DNA of 64,000 bases from Paramoeba atlantica (Eukaryota > Protista > Discosea): positions 1-64,000 of the forward strand of contig CDRNVI010000156.1 of the NCBI GenBank assembly GCA_977017575.1, given 5' to 3'. Under the pieces are notes generated by a model. That model was not told where the DNA came from. It worked only from the letters and a program-made list of their open reading frames with translations, and did not search any database. Below, in pieces: positions 43,904 to 57,826 of the stretch. Made by a program: the position numbers and the translations under genes. Positions within the stretch are counted from its first letter, which is position 1; the number at the start of each line of letters is the position of its first letter.

Positions 43904-46900
43904 TTATCTTCGATAAGGACCACCACCAAAATGTTGTTGTTGTTGTTGTTGGTATTGTGGGCGTGGGAGAAGTTGATGTTGTGAGGCTGCAGGGCCCATT
44001 GGTGTTGGTTGTTGCCACGGAGTCCCAGGAACATTTGGTAAGATCCCACCACCACCTGAAGGGAAAGCTGGTGGAGGTTGTGTCATTTGTTGTTGGAATT
44101 GGGCTTTAGCTTGTGCGACAGATCCGACCACTCTTTGTGGTTGCTGTGGAGAAAAAAAAAAGAAGAATTTCATCAGAAAGGTATGATTGACGATTAATTT
44201 TTTTTTGGTGGGGAAGGAGAGCCAGGAGGGGTTTTCCGATTAGACAAAAAATCAAAAAGTCAAAACCTGAAAATTAGTTGCTGGTTGTTGAAATTGCGTT
44301 TGTTGTTGATGTTGAATTTGTTGTTGTTGCTGCTGTTGCTGAATTTGTTGTTGTTGATACAAAACTTGTTGCTGTTGTTGAAGTAATTGCTGTTTTAATT
44401 GCTGAGCTTTCATCTGTTCTTGACGAAGTTGTTGTTCTTTGCTCATCAATTGTTGTTCCTGCAATCGCCTCTGTCTTTCTTGTTCTTTCTGCCGAACATC
44501 AACCCCTCCTCCCATTCCTCCTCCTCTTCCACCAAAAGAACCAGCTCGCCGATTCCGATCTCGATCTCGACCACCACCACCACCACCACCACCACCAAGA
44601 CGAGGAACCCATCTTCTTTGATCACGATTGTCTCGATTACGGTCTCGATCTCTGTAACGATCTCGATCCCGATCCCGATCTCTGTCTCCTCGATCACCAC
44701 GAAAATCTCGATCGCGAAAATCTCGATCATTCCTTCGATGGTCGTTTCTTCGATCATTCCTTCGATCATCATCATCCCTTCGACGCTCAATGGAAGCAAA
44801 GTTGGACAGAGAATAGTAAGTCTGAGATGATGTAAAAGTAGAGGAATCTAAAGAAAGAAAATACAAAAAAGTTGTTTTTTTTAGTTCAATCATCGTTAAT
44901 TTCCTATGTGCAACAAAAAAAAAAGGCAAAACAAAATAAACCTGGAACTATAGCGATCACTCGGTCAGTGACCTCTAAGGCATTGGTCAGTTTCTGGACT
45001 TGTTCTGTGGCAGCAGCGACAGCAATTTTATGCTTCCCAATAAACTCTAAAAAAGAAAATCAGAAAAATCCTCTCGTCACACCAACTACCCACACCAGCT
45101 CCAAAAAAAAAAAAAAAATTCACACACAAAAATAAAACAATTGACAGATTAAAAAAAATGAAATAAAAAAAGGGAGGGTTGATCGAAATATGGGACCGAG
45201 AGGGATGTTTTTCACAATGAAAATCACGAAAGAAAGAAATGAGAAATCAGCAAAAATTCAAATATCTTGACAAAAAGGCCCCCTCATCCCAACAGAAAAA
45301 AATATTTTTTTAAAAAAAAAAAAACAAAAAAAGCCTGACCTTCAATCTCAGAAAATTGCATAATATTTGCAGAAGTGACCATTTTCTCTTTCAAATCCTT
45401 TTCAAAACGAGCACATTTGTCTTTTAACTGATCTTTCACAACTACCAATAACTCTTTCAGAGGCTTCAATTTCAAAGAAGAATACTTCTTCGTTGGAAGC
45501 GTCATTCTTTCCTCATAAGCTTCACACAAACCTCTTTCCATATCAAAAAACTCTCTCATCTTACGAATATAATCAAACTGACTTTCAGCGTTCTTCAACG
45601 CAAGATGATAATTCTTAATTCTACGCTCCACTAAACTCATATTTTTCTTATACAAAGACTCAAATTCTTTCAAATCATCTAAACTCTCAAACTCAGGATA
45701 AAGATCATATAAAAAATCTTCTTGGGGAATCAGAAGTTTTGCAGCTTGTCGACAAAATGATCCATGAATCCACTTCCGATACTCAGAGGATTCAACTTCT
45801 TCCAAAGTTCGTCTCAAAAACTTACAAATAGCAGAAATCTTACTTTCATATCTTCGGAGAACATGATAAAATCCTTCAATAGAATCACGCGCATTTGCAC
45901 GAGCTCGTTGTAGTTCTTCTTCTTCAGTACTCTTCTTAGATTTTTCTTTCTCACCATCATCACTACTCTTACTACTGCCCCCTTCCCCCTCGCTACTCTC
46001 TTTCTTTTCTTCGATTTTTTTTTTCTCTTCTTCATTTTTGTAGGCAATTAAAGCCTCTTCTGCTTCGGTAAGCAGGGGGACCAAATGGTCTAAAATATTG
46101 CAGAATGAACTCCAATCAGTTTCTGTTTTTTCTTCTTTCTCCTCTTTCCCATCTTTCTCATCTTTCTCTTTTTTCTTAATCATCTTCTCCTTTTCAAATC
46201 CCAAGCATTCGTCAATGAGGTTTGGGAGAGTAGTTTCAGCCACAGAAGATGAATGTTTTTTCTCAGAACCAGAACAACACTTAGAAATTACATTCCCTAA
46301 CACAGACACACTGATCGAAAAAAATAAAAAATAAAAAAATAAAAAAAAAAAAAAAACAATGAGCAATGAAACACATATTGACAAAAAAAAACCACACCAC
46401 ACTCCACCATATTTAAAACAAAAAAGTCGTCAGGAGAACGTTGAAAACTTTTCCAACAAAAACACCACACACCCACTACACCCAAAATAAGAGATAAAAT
46501 CGATATATTTATAAAGAGCAATATATCACAATAAATAAAAATAATACATAGATACTGAAAGATAGAAAAAGAAAAGAGAGAAAAAGGCGATTTAAAAAAA
46601 AAAAAAAACCTCCAAAGCAAAGAAGGAGCAAATTGGCTCAGCAGAAATGAATTTGGATTCTGAAGGAGTTCTTTAAAAAGATCCGTCGATTTTTCTCCTT
46701 TCTCAAGAAGATCCATGACATCATCGACATTCCACTTGACCGCTAAATCAACCAATTTGTCTTCTTTCTATTTTTTGAAGAGACTTGAGAGGGAGAAGGA
46801 AAATCCACCACAAAAAAAAAAAAAGAAACCTCTTCGAGTTGCGACGATAAAAGAAAGAGAAGGAACTTCTTATCTCCTTCAGAAACATCCGCTTCTTTCT

Positions 46901-47498
46901 CTCGTATTTCCTTTAAAAACCGAAACCCGTTCTAAAACGAAAAGAAGTTTCAGAAAAAGAAGGAAAAGAGAAAGGAAACAAACAAGAATCAAAGAAGAGG
47001 AAAAAAAGATTGAACCCACTGAGAAGGAAGAGAAATATTCCAAAAAGGTCGAATCTAAACAAAAAAGATCAAAAATGAGTTTCACCAAAATTGATACCCT
47101 AACTTCTGACAAGAAAGTAAATCAAAAAAAACCTGCTCAAAGGTAATTTCGTCCAGATTCTCTGTCTTTCTTCGTTTATGATGTTCATCATCTTCTTCTT
47201 CTCGTTCTCTCGTCCTCTTCCGATCAGCCGCTTCAAGTTGCTCTCTCTCCTTTTCTTCCTTTTCTTCCTTCAAACGATTCAGCGTATCTTTCAAAGAAGA
47301 AGAACTCGTCACAGCCGGAGCGACCACCTCAAGATCTTCATCCTCCGTATCATCACCCTCTTCAACCTCTTCCATTTCAACAACCTCATCTTCTCCTTCT
47401 CCTTCTCTTTCTCCTTCTTCTTCTTCTTTTGGGTGTTTAGACAAATGATTTTCTTCTTCGTTCTCCTCTTTCTTTCCGATTTTACGATTTTCCGACAT
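43904..47498 (-). CDS. Uncharacterised multi-exon protein: acidic N-terminus, helical/coiled-coil core, RD/RG-rich and Q/P-rich C-terminus
   Basis: Exons chained in phase from MSENRK (47498) through ORFs 46297-46755, 45284-46402, 44252-44929 and 43904-44173. No family recognised. Confidence 0.65.
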
Positions 47499-47843
47499 CT
47501 CTCTCTTTCCAAATTCACACCGCACCGTGTTTTTCACCAAACAAAAAATCGCTACTCCCTTTTGGAGATGATGAATTTTTTGTTTTATTTTTCTGCTTTG
47601 GGAAAGGATGACAAAAAAAACATAAATAGACTCTATTCGAAAAAGGTATCTGTGGTCTTTTTTTCTGACTTTTTCCAGATTTCTTAGTAATCTTCTTCTC
47701 GGAAATTCTGGTCCATTTCTGTTTTCTTTCTTTTTCCCATTGAATCAATGAACCAATGAACCTTCTTCCCAGAAATTAATCTTCAAAGAGTTCCTTTGTT
47801 GAAACAAATTAAAAAGTGGTGAACATCTACTTTTTGTTTTGTG

Positions 47844-48650
47844 CTACCCTCGTTTGGCAGGTTTCACAAACCCTCCAGAGAAATTGTCCTTCTGGAAGTG
47901 ACAATTATCAGTTCACACCAAACAGAAAAAAGAAAAAAGAAATAAAATAGACAAACGATTCTTAACGACGAAGACATACAACCAGCAATCACCACTCGAA
48001 ACCCTTTGTCCCACTTCGGATCTTTCAGGTCGATAGTTTTCTCCAATATGTTCTCTACAATAATGTCCAACTCTCTTTGGGAAGTTCTTGACACGATCTA
48101 AAAACCAATTCGTTAATTCATTTGAGAAAAAAAAGACGAACAAGCAAGAAAACTTCACAAAATACCTCGACATCTTTGCCATGCATGTCAATTCGGCTGG
48201 GTGCTCGGTGTCCTCTGCTTGAGAAGATAGGTGTCGCAACTGCAGCAGAGCTCTCTTTTTCGAGTGAAATATGTTCACCTTGTTGAGCCCATTTACCCAC
48301 ATTTTCCTCCAAGTCAAGAGGAACGGCTCCACAAATCCAATGCCCATTCCCAGTCACATAAAATTTCCAATTCACGCTGCCAATTGTGTGTTTAGAGTTT
48401 TATCTCTGGGTATCCCAAAAAGAAAGAAGAGAAAGGAAAAAAAGTACTCATGTCCTCCTGCAAACATCACAGAAGGGGCGAAGCAAAGAGGGACAGGTCC
48501 GTATCCAAATGTTGCTTTCAGATACTCCTCTCCCCCAGGAGCAACTTCTTCCTTGAGTGAGATCGATTCTGCAGTCAATTCCAGGTTAACTAAATGGCCT
48601 GTATTGGAAAGTTTGTCCCAACCATCCATTCTGTTTTGATTTCCCAACAT
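47844..48650 (-). CDS. Uncharacterised protein of about 200 aa, 4 exons, ending GGFVKPAKRG
   Basis: Phase-compatible exons (..AGGHD/VNWKFYV..HGKD/IVSRTSQ..LRI/KDNFSGGFVKPAKRG-TAG) with non-low-complexity composition. Start is 48650 or 48629. Confidence 0.65.
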
Positions 48651-48896
48651 CACCAACAGAATTAAGAAGTGAAAAAAACAAAAAACGGAAGCCCAAACAT
48701 CCAAAATCACTGAAAAAAAAAAGGAAAGAAACAACTTTATTTTTTTTCTCTCTCTCTCTGTGAAGACTTTCCAAAACTCTTCACAATTTGTGAACGAAAA
48801 AGTTTTCCCTCAACAATTGTGGGGGTAGCGCAAAAGGAAGTTCAAAAACAACAAAAACAGATCTCTCCCCAACAACAGTCACCACACACACACACT

Positions 48897-51370
48897 TCAC
48901 ATGTAATACGGGTTCTGAGGAGGGGCAAGACGATCTCGACGAGGACCTCCACCACCACCACCACTACCACCACCACGTGAAGAGTTTGGATTCCATTCAT
49001 GAGGTGATGTCGGGCTCCCTTTCATGTTCTTTTCTCCCTTGTTTGGATATCTCTTCTTGGGACCTTTTCCTCCTTCCATCCCACTACCTCTTCCTTCTCC
49101 TCCACCTCTTCTTCCTCCTCGGTTGCTGGAGGCACCTTTTCGATGGTCATAAGAGTCTTGGTTACGACCTGCAAAATAAAAAAGAATTTATTCAGGGTGA
49201 GTTAAAGAGTAGGTTTGTTTGTTGATTAAAAATCATGGTGTATTGGGAAAAAAAAAAGAAAAAGAAAAAATAAAAATAAAGATAAAAATAAAAAACCTTG
49301 TTGTGAGTGACCTCCTCCTCCACGACCTCCTCGTGAAGAACCACCACCACCACCACCATAATCATTTTTCACTCCTCCACCATACCAACCATCCATCAAT
49401 CCAGTTCCTCCACCTTCACCACCACCACCAGACACTCCACCTCCTCCCTCACCCCCACTATTATCCAACCTCCTTCCATGACTCCCGCCCCTCTGATGTT
49501 TCTTCTTCATTCCTTTAACATCAGATTCTGCTTTCTTTTTCACTTCAACCTCTTCCTCTCTTTCTGGAGACTCGACATAAGCTGGGTGACGTTCGTCAGA
49601 ATTCCCAATCCAACCAATTTCTTTCATAAAAGACGTTGCAGAAGCTCTACTTTCCTCCTCACATTTTAACAGTTGATCAACAAATTCACCCAAATCATCA
49701 GGAGCAACATCTTCCTCCTCAAGATCCCCTCCATCTGCTGGAGGGGCACAGCTACTTTTCTTCTCCCCTTTCTCTTCTCCTTCCTCTTCAGAAAGTGCAA
49801 ACTGAAGTTGCCCCTCATCTCGCATCTTCTTCTTGACCTTATTCCTTCTCCTATTAAAGTTCGAAAGCTTGTAGATTTCGTTCATTGAACGGGGGATTCT
49901 CTTCTGAAGAACAAGATCTTCTGATGTTGGACTTAAATTTAGAGCAGCAAGGTTACAGTACTCTTCATCAGCTTCTTTTTGAATCACATCTTTCAATGTG
50001 ACATTGGGACCTCGAAACAGAGACGCTCCGAATTCCGGAATTTTCGCAATTTTTTCAACATCCTCCTTTTTTTGTGTGTTGGTTTAAAAGAAAAGAAAAA
50101 GAAAAAAGAAGAGAAAAGAAAAAAAGAAAAGAAAAGAAATTACTTCATCACTCGAATTTTGAGGTGAATTCGGAGGTGACTCTGTCAATTTTTGACGAAG
50201 AACAAAAGGAGACACTGTAGAAGGAGTCATAGAGAGAGGAGTTGTCCCACTATTCGCTTCTGGGGTAATCCAACCAGCTGTTGAATACAACTGATCTGTT
50301 GAAAGAACAGGGCTTAGGATATTTAAAATTTGTGATTCTACAGTTCTCTGTCCTTCCTTCGCTTCTGTAGATGGGAAAGATGGCTCAGAATGAGTCAGGG
50401 GAGCATCACCTTCTCTTCCTCCTCGAACTGGAATTGATGGGAGAATCACCATATTCTGTGGATCCGTAAAAAAAATGGGAATAAGAAAAAGATCTTCATT
50501 CTCAAAGAAGAAAAAGAAGGAAAGGTAAACATGTTCTTTCTTATAAATTGCATGAGCAACCCAATCAGAACGATCTAACACTGCTGAAAAAAGGGTATTT
50601 CTCCCTTTTGCTTTTGAAATAAGATCAGCAGACATGGCCTCAAAGATTGGCAGAAAATATCGCCCTTCCTGACGGGAATTGATCAGTCTATTACATTACA
50701 AAGGAGTAGAAACGGGGGGAAAAAAACAAAAGAAACCTTTCTTGCATCATCAACTAAGACTTTCGTTGCAGGACCTCGACGAGCTAAAGTTGAGGAAGAG
50801 GTTACATTTAAATAATATTTAAACAAGTAACCAAGCGAGTTCAGTGGGAATTCCAACACCTGAGAAGCCTCAGCTAATAAAAAAACAAAAATAAAATGTG
50901 AATCAAACAGCATAACCCCCCTTCTCTCTTTTTAATAAATTTATAGGATGGGGTATTATTCTTGTTTGGGATCAATTTTTTGGGGGTTTTATGGAAAAGC
51001 GAAAAAAGAGTTTGAAAAAAGGGTTTGAAAAAAGGGTTTGAAAATATGTGAACCTAGATCAAAGATTTGGTTTGCATATAGCCCGTAAGATAAAAGAGAT
51101 TCGATCTCCAAGTCACATCGATGAAGAACTTTGATGATTTCTCGATTGGCGAAAGAAGAATTCAACACACTCGCAAATGGTTTCAAATCGGCTGAGAGAA
51201 CGTAGTCCCCTGAACGTGTTGTCAAATAAAGAAAGTCTGGTTGGGTGATGATCCCAAATTCTTTTTCTTTACACAACGCTCTTTCAAGACCATAAAGATC
51301 TTCCACTTCTTGGACCCTAAAATAAAAATGAGTTGGAAAGAGAAAAAAATAAAACAAACGATTGAAAAAA

Positions 51371-51401
<31 letters not shown>

Positions 51402-51665
51402 TTCTCCAAACCAACAAAAACCACCCCCACCAATCCCCGAAGAAGAAGAAACCGACTGAGGATTCAAACTCCGAGTAACAACCTCTCCTCTTGTAGGATC
51501 ACCTCTTGCCGAAGAAGAAGAAGAAGAAGAAGAAAGCCTTCCTCTTCCACTCCTACTCCCTCTCGAAAGATCCGATGGATTTCCTCTTCCTCCATTCCGT
51601 GTGCCACTTCCACCACTCCCAACCCCTCTTCCTTTATTACTACTGTGGGTTGACCAATCTCCCAT
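48897..51665 (-). CDS. Rrp6/EXOSC10-like DEDD exonuclease-fold protein with degenerate active site and RGG-rich termini
   Basis: EFGII..LYLTTRSGDYVL..LNSSFANREIIKVLHRCDLEIESL..GLYANQIFDL..A..L..P.NSLGYL..YY.NV follows the Rrp6 EXO consensus (EFAVD..LMQISTR.EDY..LN..FTDP.I.KV.HG...DI.WL...GLY..N.FDT..A..L..P..SL..LL). Confidence 0.75.
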
Positions 51666-52173
51666 TGTTTTCTTCTCCAGTGATTAGAAATTCAATGGAG
51701 AGAAGAGACTGGAAAGAGAGATTCTATTAAATTGAGAAAGAGAGAGAGAGAGAAGAAAGAGAAAAGACCGTCTGACAAAAGAAGAAAAACGAAAAGGAGA
51801 AAAAGGTGAAAAAAAATTAAAATGACGACAAAAAAAAATTTGAAGCGAAAAAACCACAAAAAAGTGAAAATGAAAATGACGTGGCAATATTTCTTTTTTT
51901 TGGATTTTTGAGATTGGTTTTTGGTTTTTTTTGGGTGTGGAAAACGCGAGGGGGATTTTTCGTTCGTTCGTTGTCGGTGTCAAAAGGAGAGAGAGGAAAG
52001 AAAAGCAAAAAAAAAAAGAGAAGAGAATAAAAAGAATTTTATTTATTTTCATCCTTGTGAAATTTGTTCATCAAAGTTATTGTTCCTCTAAAAATGATGT
52101 TCTGTTTTGTAATGTGTGTTGCAAGAAAAGATATTTCTCCCTCTCACCCCCTCCAAGAGAATTGAATGGCGAA

Positions 52174-54839
52174 TTATTTGATGGAAAAGTCACGAACTTC
52201 ATTCAAAATAGTATTGGCTTTTCTCAAAACTTCCAAAATTTGCTTGCATTGAGCTCTTCGCTGAGCAACGACCGGAGATTCTTCCAACAAAGAATCAAAA
52301 AAGTCTTCCCGATACAAAGACCCAACCAACTCATTTTGCATACTGTCCTTTGAGTTATTCACCAAAAAGTGCATAATTGTCTTTGGGGTCAAATCCTTGA
52401 TGTTCTTCCTTACGATACCAAAATATGAGACCAACAATGTCTGGATCAATTCGCATTCAAATTTATCTTTGTCGGTTTGCGACCTCCCGGGAGTAATCTG
52501 AGCAGGAACAGGAGCCAACTTATCAACAGAACGTGATTGGTGACCACGACCTTGCTGAGATGGAGGAGGGCCTCCGCTTGGGCCCCCTCCACCCTCTCCT
52601 TTACCAAAGAACACATTAAAAAATGAACCTCCCCCAGCACCATTCTGTTGAGGAGGCGGTCCACCTTGTGGACCTGCAGGAGGGCCATTTGGATTTGGTG
52701 CTCTTCGTCCTGGTCCTCCTGGTCCTCCAGGCCCACTAGGCCCTCCTGGTCCAGGGGCGGGTCCTCCAGGCCCAGGAGGAGCTGGTCTATTTCGTTGTGG
52801 TTGTTGAACAGGCTGTGGATGTTGTGGATGTTGTGGTTGTTGTTGAACAGGTTGTGGTTGTTGGGGACCACCAGGTCCATCACCTCCACCCTGATGAGCT
52901 TGAGCCATTTGTTCGAAGATTCGATAAAAAGCTCCGCCACCTCCAACAAAGTCAGGGTGATTGGTATTGATATAAGACATCTCAACACAGATCAAATTGC
53001 TGACCATTTTCTTTGTTGGGATTCGACATTTACGAAGAAGTTCGTTCGATACATCAATGACTTGCTCTCGCATTTTGGAAAAACGCATCATCTCAGGATT
53101 TTCAAGTTGATTAACGGTTCGTTGAAGTTCATCAAATACAAGATCAACGCATTGTAATGAAGGTTCTTCCAATCGCATGATCTGTCTCTTAACAAGCAAC
53201 TCAAACGCAGCCTCAGGAACAAACAAGGCAGCCTTTGGACCTGTGGCATTACGGATAGCAGTTCGAATGTCATTGTGGGTAAGCCCTTCCAACGGATTGA
53301 TTCGATTTAAACATTCTCCAAAGATATCATTAAAAATGAAGTTAATTCGAGCACCACCAAACAACTCGTGGACAGTCAAATTCCCAGATGTCCCCTCAAT
53401 TGTCTTTTTGTAATCTGTAGAGAATTTCGTGATAACATCCAACAAAAGACCCCCTCGACTCGCAGCACCATCAAGAGCTGAATCACCATAAGACATTAGC
53501 TCTGATTGAGTTTCTGTCAACATCTTGTTCACTTTGACTTTTAACTCTGGCAAACAATCCCGGATATGATTCATCAAAACCTTATTGAGTGTCTTTGTTA
53601 AATATTCAGTTCCACAACGAGATGCGATTTGTCGATAAAGAACATGCTTTTGAAAATATTTCGTTTCATTCTTCAGGGCATCACGAATTGGAGTACCAGA
53701 TTTAATGTCGTGTTGACTTCGGAGGACCACTCCCACAAAACCCAACCTCAAAGGGACAACTCGCCCAAGCAACAGATCCATTGCATCAGTTCCCTTTTTG
53801 AAATAAATAAATATTTTTAAATTCAAAAACTTCTCAATAAAATTCAATTCTAACTCTATTTAACCCACTCTCACCCAACCCAACCCAACCCCAAAACCCA
53901 AAAAGGAGCTTTTCTTTCTCATTCACTCCACCTTTTTTGTCAAAAAAAAAAAAACACATACCTTATCCATAATATCTAATTTAGTAATAACTCCCAAAGT
54001 TCGAGCGCCATCTGGATCAACTTCCTTGGCCAATCGAAGAGCATCAGAAGTTGCGATATCAGAGTTTCCGGGACTTACAGCTAAAATGACAGCGTTCCTT
54101 TAATAAGAATAAAAGTTAATCCCTTTCTCTCGGAATATTATATTCTTTGAAGAAAAAATAACAAAAAAAAAGAGTATTCTTCAAATAAGGAAAGAAGAAA
54201 CAAAAGAAAAATACCTTTTGGTGATATACTCCATCAACATAGCGCGGATTTGCATTTCAATATCCGGTGGTTGGTCGCCAACAGGAACACGAGTCATACC
54301 AGGAAGATCGACAAGAGTCAAGTTGAGGACATGGGGAGAAGAAATTTTCAAATTGATTGGTACACGTGAAATTCCTTTTCCTTTTCCTACCACACGAGAT
54401 GTCTCGTTCTCGATTTCCTCTCTAATTTTATTGAAATCTGTGAAAATCTGTTTTTGGGATGAGAAAAAGGAAATGAAGGGGAAAAAAAAAAGCAAAAAAA
54501 AGCTCTCTTCGCTTTCTCTTCTCTTTCTCTTTCTTGCTTGAACAAAAACCGATAAAAAGAAGAAGGAGAGATCCAAACCGTGTTTGGTTTATGCAAAAAC
54601 TCGCCAATCTCATTCGGTTCAGTCGGTGTATTCACCAATTGCAAAACAAGAGGACGACGAGTAACAATCCCAGAACCTCGAGGAAGAAAATCTCTTCCAA
54701 CAATATGTTCTAACACACTACTCTTTCCACTTGATTGTGCTCCAATGACAACGATTTGGGGAAGATCGATTGGATCAAACCCGCCTACTGATGTGAAGGC
54801 GTCTTGGAGGCGGTTGATCACTGGAATCAGAGTCTCCAT
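52174..54839 (-). CDS. Dynamin-related protein (Drp1/Vps1/DymA-like), 4 exons
   Basis: [62 protein letters not shown], middle domain, P/Q/G-rich insert in place of a PH domain, GED. Confidence 0.95.
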
Positions 54840-55454
54840 TTTTTTCGGAAAGGTTGGAATGAAATTTGAATTTGAGAAGAGAAACAAAGAAGAAAAGGAA
54901 GGAAAGAAGTTGAGAAGAACTGAAAGAGAGAGGAAGTTCAACAAATTTGTTTTTTTTGGAGAAACAAAACAAAAGAAAACGCTCCTTTTTTCTTCTGCGA
55001 ATCCTCTGTTCCCTTCCGAAAGTATTGACTCTTTTTGTATTTTTGTTTTTTATTAAAAGACTTACAAATCAAAATCAAACTGTTTTACTTTTATTAGTAT
55101 AAAAAAGGAATAAAATGGTTTTGATAATATACTTATATGGTGAAATATTGTTGATGACGTCATCGATAACGTCACCTCCCTTTTTCGGTTTTTGTTTTTT
55201 GGGATTTTTTCTTTCTTTTTGGTTTTTATTTTTTTTTTTCTTCTTTTTTTCTTCTTTTTTTTTCTTTCTATTTTTTTTGGTGGAGAGTCAAAGAGAAAAA
55301 GAGACAAGAAAAGAATCTTTTAAAATTTATTTTTCTTTTTTCTTGGTCTCATTCTCTCTTTTCCTGAACTTTATTATAGAACTCTCTTTCTCTTCTTTTC
55401 GGATAAAAAATTCTCTTTCTTTTCAACCCTTCTCCCCCCTGAAAAACCAAAAAA

Positions 55455-57790
55455 ATGGATGGGTCTGATAACTCTCTCTTTTCTCTCTTTCCTCTTTTCT
55501 TTTCTCTTTCTCTGTTCTGATCTTCTTTTCTTTTTTCTATTTTTCTGGTTCTTTTTCTCTGAATCTCTGATTTTTCGAATTCTCTTCTGTATTGGTTGAA
55601 TCACGTTCTCTCTCTCTTCTTGTTCTCTCTTGGGCTTTCTCTTTTTCTGATCTCTGTCGTTTACTCTTTCAATCTCCTCTCTCTCTCTCTCTCTCTCTTC
55701 GATTTTAATCTTTTGTCCATCCAATCATCCGTCCTCCTCTCTCCTCTCTTCTCTGATGCTCCAAAAAAACAATATCAACAAATAATAATTTGTAGCAAAA
55801 GAGGAAGAGAAGAATATGAACAAAGTGGCAACTTCGCCAAAAGAGCTCGTGTAAACGAGGAACAAGCACCCTCAAAAGTATTACATGTACGATCTCTCCC
55901 CCCTGACACCACAGAAGCAGAACTTGGTCAACTCTGTATGCCATTTGGGCGTGTGGTTGGCGTTTTAATGTTAAGTGGAAAAGGACAAGCTTTTGTTCAA
56001 ATGGAAGATGTTACACAAGCAACTGCTCTTGTTCAATATTATGCTTCTGTTCATGCTGTTGTTCGTGGTTCTGTTGTATTTTTTCAGTTTTCGAACCGGA
56101 GTGAGCTTTCGACAAATCATTCTTCGAATGCGGTATTATTTTTCATCTTCCCTCCTCTTTTCTTTTTTTCACTTTCTTAAAGAGAAAGTGTGTTATATTA
56201 AGATTGTTTTGTTTTGTTTTTCGAAATATTATCTCAAAACTTTAAAATTTAGGAGAAACAAAATCGGGTTTTGCTTGTCTCAGTATCAAATTTAATGTAT
56301 CCAATCACAATCGATGTCTTGCAACGTGTATTTAAGAAGTATGGTGTCATTCTTCGAATTGTCACTTTTTCAAAAGGGGCTTCTCTTCAAGCATTAATTG
56401 AGTTTGACCAAACTCTGTCTGCGGTTCAAGCGAAAACGGTATGATTGAAAAAGAATCTTCTTTTCATTTTTTTTCTTCTTCTTCTGATTCTTTTGTTCAA
56501 AAACATTTCTTTTTTCTTTGCTGAATCTTTAATCGATTTTATTTTATTTTTATTTTTGTTTTTTTTTAAAAACAGGAATTGGAAGGACAGAATATCTATG
56601 CAGGATGTTGCACTCTGAGCATTCAGTTTTCAAATTTAGAATCCGTCACAGTCAAGTTCAACAACGATAAAAGCAGAGATTTTACGAACCCTCATCTTCC
56701 AAGTGGTACCAACGATTCAGCAGGAACTGAGTTGGGTGGATATCCGATGGGTGCTTTTGGTGCTGGTTCATTTTTTGTTTTTGTTTTTGTTTTTGTTTTT
56801 TTCCCCTCTCATTCTCTCTCTCTCTTTTCCTCTCCTTGTTTTTCTCTTCTTTTTCTCTTCTTTTTCTCTTCTTTTCTCTTCTTTTCTTTTTTCTCTTTTC
56901 TTTCAGAACTCAAGATTTTTTTGTTTTTCAGGTTATGGAAATCCATCTGCCCTCCAAATGGGAGGAATGGGTCAATCGATGGGTTATGGTCAAGGTGGCT
57001 CAAACCCTATGGCCATGGGGATGGGGATGTCTGCTGGTCCCTCTGTATTAATTGTTTCTAATTTGGAAGAAAATCGTGTAAATCCTGATGCTATTTTTAC
57101 GTAAGTATTTTTGATTAATTTATTCGAATCTGTTTTTTTAAACGATCAAATTAATTTTTTCTTTTGGTGATTTTTGATTATGAATTGTCTTTTTTTAAAA
57201 TTCTATTTTTTCTTTTTTCTAGTCTCTTTGGAGTTTATGGAGATGTTGTTCGTGTAAAAATTTTGTACAATCGAAAGGATACTGCTCTTGTTCAGTTTAC
57301 CAACTCACTCGGGGCTGAAAATGCTTATCAAAATTTGAATGGAGTTTCTTTGTTTGGGAAACCTTTAAAAGTCAACTTCTCCAAACATCAACAAGTTTCA
57401 CTTCCAAAAGAACCAGTTTCTGAATCAGATATGCTTTTAACAAAAGACTTTTCGAATTCTCCTCTTCATCGTTTCAAGGTTTTACTCTCGTTTCTCTCTC
57501 TCGCCCCACCTCTTTTATTTTATTCTCTCTTCTCTCTTCTTCTTCTCTTTTATTTATCTTCTTCTCTTTATTTATCTTCTCTTTTATTTATCTTCTTCTC
57601 TTTTATTTATATTTATCTTTTTCTTTTTCCTTTTTCTAGAATCCAAACAGTAAACACACATCACATCTCATCCACCCAGTGGAAATGTTACATGTCCACA
57701 ACCTCCCAGTTGAAACAACTGATGAGCAATTGCTTTCTATGTTTGGTCAATATGGGACTGTTGTTGCTTACAAATTTTTTGAGTAAGTTG

Positions 57791-57826
<36 letters not shown>

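Noticed and set aside
51000-51045. aaaaaagggtttg x2-3 as a telomere-like repeat
   Set aside because: Only 2-3 imperfect units inside an intron.
52600-52880. GP/PQ-rich insert in the dynamin as a novel or collagen-like domain
   Set aside because: It sits at the variable insert-B position of Drp1/DymA-type proteins, where low-complexity sequence is expected, and lacks a sustained Gly-X-Y register.
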